Below are positions 61,378 to 64,000 of a stretch of 64,000 bases of DNA, one piece after another; positions within the stretch are counted from its first letter, which is position 1, and every line of letters starts with the position of its first letter. Origin of the DNA: Haliotis rubra. Its lineage: Eukaryota. The notes beneath the pieces are model-generated. The model saw only the letters and a program-made list of their open reading frames with translations, was not told where the DNA came from and did no database searches. The stretch is from NCBI RefSeq assembly GCF_003918875.1, contig NW_025766976.1, positions 992,001 through 1,056,000 of the forward strand, read 5' to 3'. Made by a program: the position numbers and the translations under genes.

Positions 61378-61625
61378 TGATTCCTTTCTGCAGGTATATA
61401 GGTAAACACCGTTAAATTAAACCTATGATTCAATTCATTCAATCAGATTACGAGCAGTAATATTGGCATTACCAAACAGATTATTCCTTTGTTCGTGAAT
61501 TTTATAGATCATCCGGTTTCGATTTCCAATTTACGACCACTCCCTCTCTCACCTTTGAGTGGCATTTAGAAGCTAGTATGATGAACAGGAACGAGTTTTT
61601 ATTAGATAGACAACTTCTGAATGAA

Positions 61626-61668
61626 TGCGACGTTTCGGTGTAGATGCTGACACCTTTATCAACCAAGT
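61626..61668 (-). ncRNA. Penelope-type minimal hammerhead-like motif (variant core)
   Basis: TTGATAA-A-GGTGT-cagcatct-ACACC-GAAACGTCG, with a perfect 5-bp stem II. Confidence 0.45.
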
Positions 61669-63057
61669 GTTACACAACATTATGGACAAGGAGAATATGT
61701 ACATGAAGGGTATTTGAATTTATACTATTAACGAAGTAGATGTATAGTGTGATGATGGCATTACCCCTGTCCGTTCCAGACAGGGCAGATATAACGCTAA
61801 AGAAACCCAACTCACACATCCAGCTCAACCCTACATAAAGACAACCGCCTTTACAAACGATTATCATATACACAATCAGGTTATTGCCATGTGTAGAATT
61901 CAGCTGTTTCAGATCAGATTAAGATTAGCGTTCACCCCATGCGTTATGCTCTCTCATCATCACGCCTTGTTACCCAGGTAGATGGTTCATTAAGGAAGAT
62001 GGCCCCGGGGTACATACGCTCATACACACCTGTAAACAGATTTACTCCCTCAGATACATTTGCCAAACTGTCCGTTAGGATATCGCCACTTAATTACGGA
62101 TGTAACGAACACCAAGAGGTGTAACCGGAACGTTATTTGTTTGATCGAAATCTGCTCTTCATATGTAAGTAGCGATAGAATGTCAATATTTGCTGGTGAC
62201 TCACTCACTCACACATGCTCATGATATGGTCGGAATTGTACAATCGATGTTGTATGAGAAGGTCTTTTCGTCATTTTATGTCCAAGGCACCGTACTTAAT
62301 TTTTCATTCCCCTGCACTTTCTGAAACGTATGATAAGTACAAGTATGGTGCTGAGAAAACCTTGGTTAATATACTTGACGAAGCGGATCCTGTCACAACT
62401 AAGTGACGTAATTTTGAAAAAGTTTGATCCTGGATATAGTCACACATAAATCGACGCCAAGAAAACCATACTTTAGAAAAGCCATGAATATTTGACCCGA
62501 GCCAAATATTCCTGTAAGTTATGCTCCGAAACTGAACGTCGCCATCTAGAAATACCCTACAGCCATTCAGAAAGAGCTATTATCTGCTGTAATCGGATGG
62601 TGATGACATCATCAGGTGTCGTCAGTTACGTAGGCCTTGTGTACCTTGGCATATCTCCTGCCTCCAGATTATTTAATCGTTGACTTTTGGTTTTGTCACC
62701 AAAGGGGATTGGCAATGGTACTCTAACACGTCAGTCGAACGAATTACTGGTAATAAATCTAATATGGTCATTTGAACGAGTTACTGGTAATAAATCTAAT
62801 AACAATGAGATGTGATGGCGATTCGCGTGCTAGGGAAAATCTTACCACACCACTGAACTCTTTTCATTGCCCTTCTCACAGATAAGGATGGAAATGTAAT
62901 GGAACCTAGACTGCCATGTGATTATATTCCAGCCGAATGACGAAGATCTGTCAATTTTCGATTCAGGACCAGACAATAGCGTGAGCAACCATTCACATGA
63001 TGAATAAAAATCAACGATCCCGACATTCCGATCCATTCCTCTCCCTACTTGCATATA

Positions 63058-63456
63058 CACTGCAAAAAACGTCCACAGTTACAAGTTTGTAAATATGTTG
63101 TAAAGATGAGGTTTAAAAGACATTTACAATTTTGTAAAGATGAGGTTTACAAGACATTTACAATTTTTTAAATTTTTGTTGTAAATACCATCTTTACAAA
63201 TTTGGATTTTTGGGCATATATGATATTTACAGATTTTAAGTTATTGTAAATCACCATATTTTTTCTTGTGATATTGCTAGGGACGTATTCTAATCAAGGA
63301 TATCAGTTGCATGAAGATAAAGCCAAACAACACTATTCATGCACGTGGAGAGTCAACAAATAATGCATAAGACACACTTGCACATATGCAAGCATTTTAT
63401 ATTTTTACGTGTAAGATATGATATGAATTTAGTAAGTATGTATTTCTCACGCAGTG
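63058..63456. mobile_element. Possible CACTA/EnSpm-like MITE
   Basis: CACTGC...GCAGTG termini; internal ttgtaaagatgaggttt direct repeats and inverted tttacaa motifs. Confidence 0.4.
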
Positions 63457-64000
63457 TTTTATACCAGACACATACCATCACAAATTTATATTCGTGTTCG
63501 GTGTAGCCTTACTTCCACAGAATGGACGGCCTTATATCTATACCAATATTAATATATCCGTGTGCTATTCTAAACAAGCGCCATTGCTTGTCATATGAAA
63601 TCAAAAACAGCTTAGAGAAGTTAACCAAGCATAATCGGCTGTAATACATGGGTGGTAACCCTTGGTGTGTTAGCATCGTTTGTCCGCTGTTCAAAGCATA
63701 TAAACGGACTATCTAATTTCATTTTCATTTCATGCAACGCAGTCTGGCTTAAGTAAGTTTAAAAATATCGTAAAACGTAGCACGATACACACATTTATTC
63801 TCGAACACCTGATATGATCACTCTTTTGAAAGCAAAACACTTTCTCATAAACACTTGCTCATGATATAGACGGAATTTCTTATGGGTGCGGAAAGGTTTT
63901 TGCTGCTTGTAATATGTAATATGTAATATGTTGCTGCTGGTAATAAAAGGCAATGGTACGTATTTATCTTTCCCCTTAAAACATGGACGAAATGTAACAA

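Overview
AT-rich, intron-containing animal genomic DNA. The gene family and SINE content suggest a mollusc, probably an abalone-like gastropod; this is inference, not a database result. The coding content is two divergent paralogous 10-exon genes arranged tail-to-tail, which I rebuilt exon by exon from GT-AG sites and frame continuity. Each encodes signal peptide + 2 EGF-like domains + ZP module + furin site + EHP + transmembrane helix, i.e. the molluscan EGF-ZP / EGF-like domain-containing shell-matrix-related family. Gene A is on + at 19997-32239 (1455 nt, 484 aa). Gene B is on - at 53914-37977 (about 466 aa, with an apparent frame break at a G8 run). Gene B lacks both cysteines of two canonical ZP disulfides, while gene A appears to keep an unpaired ZP-C cysteine. 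Gene A seems to have two duplicated promoter/first-exon modules. The rest is repeats: tRNA-headed SINEs, an abundant headless SINE-like family whose fixed 5' end can fold into a pseudoknot, Tx1/L1, L2 and R4/Dong LINE fragments, Penelope-type hammerhead-like remnants, hAT, Tc1/pogo and Harbinger MITEs, large palindromic elements, four minisatellites and a 1.79-kb tandem duplication. Most ORFs in the supplied track are spurious or exon fragments.
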